A stretch of DNA of 32,000 nucleotides, from the NCBI GenBank assembly GCA_965223865.1, contig OZ245020.1, forward strand, positions 1,416,000 to 1,447,999, in the 5' to 3' direction. This DNA comes from Nitrosarchaeum sp. (GTDB lineage: Archaea > Thermoproteota > Nitrososphaeria > Nitrososphaerales > Nitrosopumilaceae). Below the pieces are notes generated by a model, which worked only from the letters and a program-made list of their open reading frames with translations, did not search any database and was not told the DNA's origin. Position numbers and translations under genes: made by a program. This document shows positions 9,342 to 17,450 of this stretch, in pieces (within the stretch, counting starts at the first letter, position 1; every line of letters starts with the position of its first letter).

Positions 9342-9956
9342 TTAAGCGGTTGGAACGATACAAACTGCTGCAAAGTCTGCAGGATCAGTTATAGTATTTC
9401 CATTTGCGTCAACAGGATCAAGGTCAAATGCCGCAGAACCACCGGGTTGTCCCACAGTGAAATCTTGTAGGTTGCCATTTAGTGCTCCAACAAATCCTTC
9501 AGTCCCAATATCAATACCTGTACCAATAAGGTTCTTTCCGGCAATAATTAGCCTCTCAGTGGGTTGATCGTATGTAAGTTCGCCAATTGCCATGAAGTCA
9601 CAAAGATCACTTTCTACAGGATGAACTAAATGAGCATGCCATTCATTTCCACAAGCGACATCTGTAACATTGCATATAGCTGCAATTGCGCCTACCTGGT
9701 TAGCCACTTGATCAGATGTTGGTGCCTGTTGTGCAGGACTGTCAAAGAATCCTTCATGTGAAGTGAATGCTATGACATGACCGCCATCAGTAAATAATGC
9801 ATAACCTCCAAACGGATGTTTTGGTACATTATCATCTAGTTGAAATCTTAGTTTTTTGATTTCATCACCAACCACTTTGGTTTGAATTTTGTTGATGCCT
9901 GTTATCGCATCGGCCACTGCAGGAACTGTAACTGCTAGGGTCAAAACTGCCATCAA
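9342..9956 (-). CDS. exported hypothetical protein; the true 5' end may be ATG 9985 with a frameshift
   Basis: N-terminus MAVLTLAVTVPAVADA is signal-peptide-like. Ala/Gly/Asp/Thr-rich and visibly more GC-rich than its neighbours. See the finding on the upstream out-of-frame MTRKLLLGLL. Confidence 0.6.
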   Translation of the reverse strand: MMAVLTLAVTVPAVADAITGINKIQTKVVGDEIKKLRFQLDDNVPKHPFGGYALFTDGGHVIAFTSHEGFFDSPAQQAPTSDQVANQVGAIAAICNVTDVACGNEWHAHLVHPVESDLCDFMAIGELTYDQPTERLIIAGKNLIGTGIDIGTEGFVGALNGNLQDFTVGQPGGSAAFDLDPVDANGNTITDPADFAAVCIVPTA

Positions 9957-10116
9957 AGTAGTCCTAAAAGGAGTTTTCTAGTCATTAGTACAAATCTCGA
10001 ATAAATTGAATTTAAAGTGATCTTTACACATGAAATTATGAATAACAATAATCGAATAGATAAGTAAACAAGAGAGATAATAGCATCAAGGAAATGGAAA
10101 ATTTTAGATATCAAAA

Positions 10117-10152
10117 TATAATATTTCTAAATTCGAATTTAGAAATATTATA
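10117..10152. repeat. TTCGAA-centred palindrome, copy D (perfect 36 nt)
   Basis: TATAATATTTCTAAATTCGAATTTAGAAATATTATA is self-complementary across all 36 nt, checked base by base. Intergenic. Confidence 0.9.
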
Positions 10153-10160
10153 AAATTCTA

Positions 10161-10568
10161 TCATTCATTCATCTTTAATTCAGGAAGAATAAAGACATGT
10201 TCAGGTTTAATTTTGAGAATAATTCTCTTTTCATCTTGTCTTTTGAAAGGATAATGATCACGGTTCATGTACTGCTTTGTTAGTTTATCAGCATGTTTGT
10301 ATTCATAGTCAGGAGTAATTTCTTCTACTTTACCTCTAATTGTTGTCATATCTAATGGATTCTCCTTAGAAACTACAGATACTGCAACACGAGGATCACG
10401 AAGAACATTTTTGTGTTTTATTCGTCCTTCTGCAGTGTTTATCAAAATGTGTTCATCTTCATAATTTGCCCACACGGGAGATAGTTGTGGGGAGCCATCC
10501 TTCATCACAGTTGCAATAAAAACCAAGTTTTTGGCGCCAAAAAGTTCAATTGCCTTTTGCTCCATCAT
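10161..10568 (-). CDS. pyridoxamine 5'-phosphate oxidase-like FMN/F420-binding split-barrel protein
   Basis: 135 aa. The pattern LVFIATVMKDGSPQLSPVWANYEDEHILINTAEGRIKHKNVLRDPRVAVSV is typical of the PPOX class. Confidence 0.7.
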   Translation of the reverse strand: MMEQKAIELFGAKNLVFIATVMKDGSPQLSPVWANYEDEHILINTAEGRIKHKNVLRDPRVAVSVVSKENPLDMTTIRGKVEEITPDYEYKHADKLTKQYMNRDHYPFKRQDEKRIILKIKPEHVFILPELKMNE

Positions 10569-10590
10569 ATTTTTCTATAATTTAGATAAT

Positions 10591-10914
10591 TTAAATTTCA
10601 TTTCTCCAAATAGTGTCAAGACTTTCTATTTTTTCAAGAATGTCAATTGCTGTCTGATTGTCTCGATTTTGCATAGCAACTGAGAATTCATAGCCAAGTC
10701 TTATTGCCTCAGGGCTCAGATCCTTTATCTTTGTCAAGTCTTTGCCCTCACGACGTATCCGCTCGCCTATAGCACAGGTCTTCCAGTTGTATGAAAGGTC
10801 CTGATGTTTCTGCTCTAGCCTTTGCTGGACAATCTCCCTCCATTGGGGCAACTCCATTTTTTTTAGTAATTGTTCGGTTTTTTGAGTATAGAATACCCTA
10901 ACCACACCGTACAA
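10591..10914 (-). CDS. hypothetical protein (an alternative ATG start at 10857 gives 88 aa)
   Basis: ORF with TTG start at 10914 and an in-frame ATG at 10857 (MELPQWREIV...). No family recognised. Confidence 0.45.
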   Translation of the reverse strand: MYGVVRVFYTQKTEQLLKKMELPQWREIVQQRLEQKHQDLSYNWKTCAIGERIRREGKDLTKIKDLSPEAIRLGYEFSVAMQNRDNQTAIDILEKIESLDTIWRNEI

Positions 10915-10950
10915 TCACTCTATGTGATATTTTAGCATTGCATCAAACTG

Positions 10951-11502
10951 TCAGGTGCGCAATTTTTTTGCCCGCAAACCGCTATTTTTGCCAGAATTTT
11001 TCGCTTTTGGTTTCTCCAGTAGTCTAGTCATGGCTCTGTTGACTATCTCCATTAGGATATACTGCGAGTATGACGGATCCAATCTTTGCTTTGATTTCAG
11101 AGTTGCCTTTGGGGCAAGGGTATCTAGAACGTCTTCGAGTTTTTTTGAGGTGTTTTTTATTACAGAAGAATATTTTGTATCAAAATCTTCTGGGACATTA
11201 TATCCAAGTAACTTAGTTGAGGTACTGTAGTATTTTGTGATGGCTCCTCGTGTCTCTTCAATTTTAGCAATCTCAATTAGACCTGCCTCTTTTAGTATGT
11301 CCAAGTGGTGCCTAACAGTGGTCAATGCTTTTACGTGTCCAGATTTTTTCAGATGATGACAAATTTGTGCAGCAGTTAACAATTTTTTGTACAGCAACTG
11401 AACTATCTTTATTCGCGCAGGATCATCCATAGCACGAGCTTGTTCAATATTTGTCGTAACGGTACGACTTACTATTACAGGCTTTTCTAACAGTGTTGAC
11501 AT
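10951..11502 (-). CDS. ArsR-family winged-helix transcriptional regulator with a C-terminal extension
   Basis: DPARIKIVQLLYKKLLTAAQICHHLKKSGH...TVRHHLDILKEAGLIE matches the ArsR/SmtB HTH pattern. Confidence 0.75.
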   Translation of the reverse strand: MSTLLEKPVIVSRTVTTNIEQARAMDDPARIKIVQLLYKKLLTAAQICHHLKKSGHVKALTTVRHHLDILKEAGLIEIAKIEETRGAITKYYSTSTKLLGYNVPEDFDTKYSSVIKNTSKKLEDVLDTLAPKATLKSKQRLDPSYSQYILMEIVNRAMTRLLEKPKAKNSGKNSGLRAKKLRT

Positions 11503-11891
11503 GCCAATTGATTATTCTGATACAAGCTAAAAGTTGACAGTATCATGTTTTTTGGCCAAATAGATCAATTTTTTTTAATGTCGATAATTTTGATATTACT
11601 TGTTTTAAACTACTATCATAATTATTGTAGAGGTTCCTATGTTTTTTGTATCATTATCAACAAACTAGTATTGATATCATCAACATCATTATAATATCAA
11701 AAAACCAAGTGGGAGCTTATTTTAGTAATAGCATTATCATGTCAATTAGAATTTGGAACAAAACGCCAAATTCTGAGAGGTTTTGTTAGAATATGAGTAA
11801 TAAAGGGACGGATTACACAGACATCAAAAATAAAATTCGAGTTGAAACTCTAGATTATGCTTGATTTTGTGGTAGGGTAATCAAGATAGAG

Positions 11892-12716
11892 TTAGAGCAT
11901 CCTGCCAGTTGTTTTTTCATATGCTGTAACGTAACGCATTGTCATCTTTTCAATTATTTCTTGAGGGATTAGAGGCGGGATTGGTTCTTTTCCCTCATTA
12001 CGAGAATCATCAAATTGTTTTTGGTAGCCATTTTCAGTTAACCAATCACGCAGAATTTGTTTGTCATAAGATTCCTGAGTCTTGCCAACTTTATAGGACT
12101 CTTTTGGCCAAAGGCGATATTCATCAGGTCCAATAGAGTCACCCAAAGTAATTTTGCCATCTAAAAGTCCAAACTCAAGTTTCAAATCAGCTAGAATAAA
12201 TCCTGCTTTGTCTGCAATCTCAGACATTTTGTTATAGATTTGAATCGAGGTCTTTTCTAACCACAAGTATTGTTCTTCAGTTACAAGGTTCATCGCAATT
12301 GCTTTTTGTTTGTTAATTGGAATGTCATGTTCAGATTTTGTTGTAGGATCAAAGACGGGGTTTGGGAGTTTTGCAGCTAGAGTTGCATCTGTTCCATCAG
12401 GAATTTTTATTTCTCCTTTTTTCCATCTATTTGCAAAGCTGCCATAAAAGTAACCTCTAACCACACATTCAATTGGAAGCATCTTCATCTTTTTTACTAT
12501 AATTTCAGTATCAGACTTTGTTTTTACAAAGTGGTTTGGAACATCAAGTCTTTCAAACCAAAACTCTGCAAATTTGCATAATACTTTGCCTTTGTTTGGT
12601 ATGTCTTCTTTGAATTTTACATCATAAGCAGAAACGCGATTAGAGAACTTGAAGAGAAAAGTACCATCTTCAAGATCATAGATGTCTTTTACCTTGCCTG
12701 AACCTACAAACTTCAA
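11892..12716 (-). CDS. purC: phosphoribosylaminoimidazole-succinocarboxamide (SAICAR) synthase
   Basis: 274 aa. GKVKDIY...SNRVSAYD...LADLKLEFG are hallmark PurC segments. Confidence 0.92.
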   Translation of the reverse strand: MKFVGSGKVKDIYDLEDGTFLFKFSNRVSAYDVKFKEDIPNKGKVLCKFAEFWFERLDVPNHFVKTKSDTEIIVKKMKMLPIECVVRGYFYGSFANRWKKGEIKIPDGTDATLAAKLPNPVFDPTTKSEHDIPINKQKAIAMNLVTEEQYLWLEKTSIQIYNKMSEIADKAGFILADLKLEFGLLDGKITLGDSIGPDEYRLWPKESYKVGKTQESYDKQILRDWLTENGYQKQFDDSRNEGKEPIPPLIPQEIIEKMTMRYVTAYEKTTGRML

Positions 12717-12745
12717 TGAAGTTTTGTTTTCTTGTTATAATTTAA

Positions 12746-12898
12746 TCATTTTTTATTAAAATAAATAATCAATTTAGGGCTGCAAAAAAGAAACTAAACG
12801 AGTTATCAAACTTGGATGGAGAAGATCTAGAAAAGTATGAAAGATTATTGAACTTGTTAATGGATTTTAATAGCGAAATTAGATTTGTAATGATTTGA
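12746..12898 (+). pseudogene. truncated remnant of a paralog of the 22755..23045 gene
   Basis: The open frame encodes ...DGEDLEKYERLLNLLMDFNSEIRFVMI followed by TGA. YERLLNLLMDFNSEIRF matches YEKLLNMLMDFNSSIRL at the N-terminus of the 96-aa protein in 13 of 17 positions. There is no in-frame ATG before the homology, and the frame stops after about 27 aa of it. Confidence 0.55.
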
Positions 12899-13117
12899 GA
12901 TAAAAATGAAGACTTTATGGAACAAAACATCCAATCCATGAACAGCACAAATTCATTTTTTATAATCCTGGACAGAATTATGAAAATCTGAGATTATGAG
13001 TATGTGTATAATATTGAAATTTGTTTATTTTTTCCCAAAATAGTAAACAAATACACATTATATGAAAATCATACTTTAATTTCTAGTACATAATAGGGAA
13101 TAAATGGAAGGGAAATA

Positions 13118-13750
13118 TTGATTGAGGAAAATTTAGATAATTCAGAATACAACATGTCTTCATCGGACTATTTAGTTGCATTTTCGGGTCAAACGCAGAA
13201 TTATTGTGTAGGAATGGTTGATATGGCAAATTCAACTAAAATGGCAGCAACTTTAGGTACTGCAAAAATTTCATCATATTACCAAATCTTTCTAAATTCA
13301 ATGTCAAAGATTTTGGGTAGATTTGGTGGTTTTGTGATAAAAAATATTGGAGATTGTTTGTTATATTATTTTCCTGAATCTTCAAAAGCAAATCGAAAAT
13401 TTGGATTTATGAGTTGTCTTGAATGTAGTTTAGCAATGATTGAAAATCATGATAATATCTGTAGCGCACTAAACCGAAGTGATCTTCCTTGTGTCGATTA
13501 TCGTATTAGCGTAGATTATGGTTCTGTGGTTTTAATGAGAGCAAACAATTCACAATCTCTGGATATGCTTGGCCCACCAGTGAACATGTGTTCTAAGATA
13601 AATCATGCAGCTACAACAAATGGAATAGCAATTGGAGGAGATTTGTATACTATGGTTAAAAATTTTAATGATTACAAATTCAAAAAAATTGAAGAGTTTT
13701 CACTTGGATTCAAGCATTCGTATCCCGTATACAGTATTGAGAGAAAATAA
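13118..13750 (+). CDS. stand-alone class III nucleotidyl cyclase (cyclase homology domain) protein
   Basis: Matches CHD landmarks: CVGMVDMANSTKMA (first metal Asp), GGFVIKNIGDCLLYYF (second metal Asp), YRISVDYGSVVL, and DMLGPPVNMCSKINHAATTNGIAIGGDLY (VN..[RK] segment). TTG start at 13118; the first in-frame ATG is at 13154. Confidence 0.6.
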   Translation: MIEENLDNSEYNMSSSDYLVAFSGQTQNYCVGMVDMANSTKMAATLGTAKISSYYQIFLNSMSKILGRFGGFVIKNIGDCLLYYFPESSKANRKFGFMSCLECSLAMIENHDNICSALNRSDLPCVDYRISVDYGSVVLMRANNSQSLDMLGPPVNMCSKINHAATTNGIAIGGDLYTMVKNFNDYKFKKIEEFSLGFKHSYPVYSIERK

Positions 13751-13908
13751 TGCCAGATGAACCAGTAAAAAAAGGAAAGGAGATTGAAGAACATTTGAAT
13801 AGTGTAAATATGGATCCTTGGTTTTATATTTATGAAAATTATGTCAAAAAAGAATCAAAAGAAGAATTAAACAAAATAAAACAAGATTCTAGTAATCAAA
13901 TTTCATAA
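13750..13908 (+). CDS. small acidic/lysine-rich ORF (52 aa) apparently translationally coupled to the cyclase
   Basis: The ATG overlaps the cyclase stop (TAATG at 13748-13752). Hand translation: MPDEPVKKGKEIEEHLNSVNMDPWFYIYENYVKKESKEELNKIKQDSSNQIS. Below the ORF-track cutoff. Confidence 0.4.
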   Translation: MPDEPVKKGKEIEEHLNSVNMDPWFYIYENYVKKESKEELNKIKQDSSNQIS

Positions 13909-14134
13909 CTCTATACAAATTCATAAAATATTGAGATTTGTTTCAAAATTTTTCTGCCATATGAAATGGTCTTTGTTGTAACTTAGTTTCCTTGCATTTA
14001 CAGGCACATCCTCAAGAATATTCCTGAATCATATAGATTAATGAAGTTCTATTTTGATTTATCTCATGCAAGAACCAAAATGGATTAAGTTAATTGAATA
14101 AATTTCAATAAAAATTAAATTTCACGTTATTAAA

Positions 14135-14770
14135 CTAAACAGGAGTCTTTGAATACAAAGAAGATACAACTGATTTAGCTATTTTTCTTCTAAAGGAAAT
14201 CTTGTAAAATATTAAAACACCGAAAAGCTCCAAATACTCTACAAAACCGACAGTGTAAAAATGCAAGAGCCATCCATCAAGCATTTGATCAATTGATGCA
14301 ATAGCTGCACTCATCTGTGGAAATGCTGTAAGAAAGGCCATAGGAATCATCAAAAAGCCAGAAAACCAATCAGAGGCATTCATATCCTTTGTAGATTCTA
14401 AGACTTGTTCGGTTGATTGTAAAGGAGTATTTTGAATATTTTGAATTTTTAAATCAGAATAAACTGTATTGCCTTGGTCTATTGCAAATATCATGCCACC
14501 TAATATCAAAAGAAGAAATACAGATTCTCCAAAAACTATCAGCCCACGTTTGCCTTTTTGGAATTTGTACATTTGTCTCTCCAACATGGGGCCAAAAAAG
14601 CCTAGCTTTTTCTTCTTTGCAAGTATGATTACTAGAATAGAGATTGCAGATATAACGCCTAGAGATCCCCACCAATTATCTGAAACATATTCAACAAAAA
14701 GAAGTCTTGCAGGTAATAGCAATCCAGCCATTACAGAAAATACAATTAAGGACTCAAAAATGCCTCTCAA
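14135..14770 (-). CDS. multi-pass membrane protein (about 5 TM); the 5' end may extend to ATG 14798 across a homopolymer frameshift
   Basis: 211 aa with five hydrophobic segments. The only in-frame starts are TTG 14770 or ATG 14731. Confidence 0.6.
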   Translation of the reverse strand: MRGIFESLIVFSVMAGLLLPARLLFVEYVSDNWWGSLGVISAISILVIILAKKKKLGFFGPMLERQMYKFQKGKRGLIVFGESVFLLLILGGMIFAIDQGNTVYSDLKIQNIQNTPLQSTEQVLESTKDMNASDWFSGFLMIPMAFLTAFPQMSAAIASIDQMLDGWLLHFYTVGFVEYLELFGVLIFYKISFRRKIAKSVVSSLYSKTPV

Positions 14771-14820
14771 AGGTATTTTCCTCGAAGAATTGTTTCATAA
14801 TTGGTAGGTGTGAGCAATGC

Positions 14821-14855
14821 ATATAACTATGGACACTAGATTTAACTAGTGCTAA
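14821..14855 (-). promoter_or_regulatory. bipartite CACTAG promoter element, copy 1
   Basis: Read on the - strand: TTAGCACTAG (14855-14846), 9 nt, GTGTCCATAG (14836-14827), then TTATAT (14826-14821). An ATG lies at 14798, 28 nt from the 5' end of the TATA-like box. On the + strand, CACTAG (14834-14839) and CTAGTG (14846-14851) also form an inverted repeat. Confidence 0.6.
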
Positions 14856-14972
14856 CTTTTTAGATTATGAAAATAAATTTTTCTTATATTGATGAATTTT
14901 TATGGATTTTTTTAGAAAAAAGCATCAACAATAATGTGGTTCTTTGAGTTCAAAAGCACCTAATTAGGATGA

Positions 14973-16361
14973 CTATTCCTTGTTTGATATTTTTTTGAAA
15001 ATTTCTTTACTGTATGATGATTCAGATTTATGTTCAATCATAGGTTTGGGATAATCTATATTTTCTGGATATTTTGTATCCAATGAATGAATTACTTGAG
15101 AGGGTAAATTTTCAAGTTCAGCAATCCATTTCTTTATGTAGATACAATCAGAATCAAATTTTTGTTGTTGGAGCCAAGGATTGAATATACGAAACCAGGG
15201 TTGGGCATCACATCCGGTAGATGCTGCCCATTGCCAATTTCCAATATTTACACTAGGATCATAATCCACTAGCTTTGAGGCAAAATACCAATCACCCCAT
15301 CTCCAATCAACATGCAGATCTTTAGTAAGAAATGAGGCAACTATCATTCGTACCCTATTATGCATAAAACCAGTGGCATTTAGCTCCCTCATTCCAGCAT
15401 CCACTATGGGAAATCCAGTTTTGCCCTCACACCATTTTGTAAATGCTTTTTTGTTTTTACTCCAAGGAATTTTCTGATATTTTTTATTAAATTCTTTTGA
15501 AATACTATATGGATAATGGTGCATTATGTAAGTGAAAAAATCTCTCCAATGAATCTCAGTTATCAGAGTATGTGTTGGTCCTAACTCTTGTAAAATTTTA
15601 TGATAAACTTCTCGTATAGAGCATGTTCCAAATCTATTATGGGCAGACAGCATAGATGTACCATTTATTGCTGGAAAATTTCTATCATTTTTGTAATTTT
15701 TTAGATTTTTTAGATTATTCATTAATCGTAGAGACGATTTTCTTCCTCCTCTAAAAGATAGTTTATCATTGTTTTTTCCAAGATACGTCTCTAATTTATC
15801 AATGGTAATCTCTGATTTTATTTTTTGATTTGAAAGATTAGAAAATTGAAAATTTTGTGGTTTTCTTACAGGTAATTCCTTAGCTTTTGAGAAGAATTGT
15901 GTAAAAATTTTGTAGGGTTGTCCTTTTAATGTCTTGATCTCCTCTACATCATGAAGAAGTAAATCATTTGTTGTAATAAAATCAACTTTGCATTTCTTAC
16001 AAACTTTCTTTATATTTTCGTCTCTTTTCTTGCTAAAAGGGGTATAATCAGCATTTACAAAAACTGCATCAAGTTTCAACAAGTTAATTAAATTTTCAAT
16101 AATTTTTTCAGGTAATCCAGAAAAAACATGCAAATACGATTTCCTGGTTTGCAATTGTTTGTTAAGGTCCATTAGACATTCATGAAGAAATTGAAGTCGA
16201 AACTTGCTAAATTTTGGATTAGATTTTTGTGATAATTTTGGATCAAGAATAAAACAAGGAATGGTTTGAATAGAAGATTTGTTTGCCTCAATCAATCCCG
16301 TATTATCAATCAGTCTGAGGTCACGTCTAAAAAGGAATAATGATTTTTGATATTTCTTCAT
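14973..16361 (-). CDS. phr: deoxyribodipyrimidine photolyase / cryptochrome family flavoprotein
   Basis: 462 aa. N-terminus LFLFRRDLRLIDNTGL, and FAD-binding C-terminal region TGFPIVDAGMRELNATGFMHNRVRMIVASFLTKDL...DYDPSVNIGNWQWAASTG. Confidence 0.92.
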   Translation of the reverse strand: MKKYQKSLFLFRRDLRLIDNTGLIEANKSSIQTIPCFILDPKLSQKSNPKFSKFRLQFLHECLMDLNKQLQTRKSYLHVFSGLPEKIIENLINLLKLDAVFVNADYTPFSKKRDENIKKVCKKCKVDFITTNDLLLHDVEEIKTLKGQPYKIFTQFFSKAKELPVRKPQNFQFSNLSNQKIKSEITIDKLETYLGKNNDKLSFRGGRKSSLRLMNNLKNLKNYKNDRNFPAINGTSMLSAHNRFGTCSIREVYHKILQELGPTHTLITEIHWRDFFTYIMHHYPYSISKEFNKKYQKIPWSKNKKAFTKWCEGKTGFPIVDAGMRELNATGFMHNRVRMIVASFLTKDLHVDWRWGDWYFASKLVDYDPSVNIGNWQWAASTGCDAQPWFRIFNPWLQQQKFDSDCIYIKKWIAELENLPSQVIHSLDTKYPENIDYPKPMIEHKSESSYSKEIFKKISNKE

Positions 16362-16369
16362 TGTTTTAA

Positions 16370-16804
16370 TTATAAAATAAGAATAGGACAGTGTGCATTT
16401 CTAAACACATTCTCAATGGTGCTATGATAATGCATTTTTTCATATGTAGAAGAAAGTTTTGTCTTTGTCATTATTATTAGATCTACGTTGTGCTTTTTAG
16501 CAAAATCAAGTATTAGCATAGATGCTAATCCATTTTTTACAGTTTTAGAACTAAAAGAAAGGTCATGCTTTTTGGCAAGTTTTTCTAATTCTAAATGCTG
16601 TTTTTCAACTAATTTGCGTTCTTTCTCAAACTCTTTTTTGCTTGTTTTTGTTTTGAAAAACCCAAACGTTGGTCGTTCTTCCAAACAGGTAAGAACAGTA
16701 ATCTGGGAATTGGTTGATTGTGATAAAACAAGGGCTTTTTTGAATGCCTTTTGGCTTCCTGATGTTCCATTATAAGGTACCAGTATATGTTCGAAAGTTT
16801 TCAT
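16370..16804 (-). CDS. universal stress protein (UspA family)
   Basis: 144 aa. The pattern ILVPYNGTSGSQKAFKKAL...DLIIMTKTK...ENVFRNAHCPILIL is Usp-like. It lies 8 nt upstream of phr, so the two are probably co-transcribed. Confidence 0.8.
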   Translation of the reverse strand: MKTFEHILVPYNGTSGSQKAFKKALVLSQSTNSQITVLTCLEERPTFGFFKTKTSKKEFEKERKLVEKQHLELEKLAKKHDLSFSSKTVKNGLASMLILDFAKKHNVDLIIMTKTKLSSTYEKMHYHSTIENVFRNAHCPILIL

Positions 16805-16956
16805 TGTCTCTTTTCTTTAAGCGCTAGTAAAATAGGATTTGATCTGTCATTTATTCCAATTTTATAATGGTATATAGATATTCACCATAATAGAACTGTT
16901 TAGAGATTTATCTAGAATAACAAATTATTTTACCACTGTAATATTTTTTTCAGAGA

Positions 16957-17232
16957 TTAGACAGTATCTTTATTCTGTTTGTCTCTTATGATTTTTGCAA
17001 GTGTTGATGCAATATTTTTTGCAACATGTTCAGTTGCAACACTGATTTTTTCATCATCTAACTCTTCTTCAATTCTTCCCATTACTGGCTTTAGAATTTT
17101 ATCAATAAAATCGGAACCATAAATTCTGACATATCTATCATAGACTTGGAATGAAGATTTGATGTCTCCCTGTGTTAACTTTTCATATAATTTATCCATG
17201 AACTGTTTTTCTTTGATTGTGTTTGACACCAT
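16957..17232 (-). CDS. stand-alone helical protein resembling the B12-binding N-terminal cap domain (B12-binding_2) of CarH/MetH-type proteins
   Basis: LYEKLTQGDIKSS...ILKPVMGRIEEELDDEKISVATEHVAKNIASTLAKII parallels the cap-domain pattern L..L..GD...(helix)...P....G..W..GEISVAEEH.A. No Rossmann-type B12-binding domain follows it. Confidence 0.5.
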   Translation of the reverse strand: MVSNTIKEKQFMDKLYEKLTQGDIKSSFQVYDRYVRIYGSDFIDKILKPVMGRIEEELDDEKISVATEHVAKNIASTLAKIIRDKQNKDTV

Positions 17233-17273
17233 TTTAACAAAATTTGCTTGATGTTGTTAAAGATGATCTTAAC

Positions 17274-17310
17274 AGGAATAATTTTCCTTTAAGAATAATG
17301 AATTATTCCT
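17274..17310. repeat. 10-bp inverted repeat in a divergent promoter region
   Basis: AGGAATAATT (17274-17283) and AATTATTCCT (17301-17310) separated by 17 nt. A third GAATAAT lies at 17293-17299. Followed by T6. Confidence 0.7.
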
Positions 17311-17450
17311 TTTTTATGACACAATTTTAAAATTAACATACTAGTTCTCATAATTTTCCTGAATTTGGATTCAATGAATAATTGTATATGAAGTAATGAA
17401 AAATTGAAAAAGTCAAAAATTCTTATTATACTGTAATTGGATGGTACTAT

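Noticed and set aside
7684-11502. An integrated mobile element using tRNA-Asn as its attachment site.
   Set aside because: I found no integrase or transposase gene, and no direct repeat of the tRNA 3' end downstream in the window.
13118-14770. The cyclase as part of a Pycsar- or CBASS-like anti-phage system, with the 14135..14770 membrane protein as effector.
   Set aside because: The membrane protein is convergent and so not operonic, and it shows no cyclic-nucleotide-binding domain. No other effector-type gene is adjacent. Nothing in the sequence supports a defence call.
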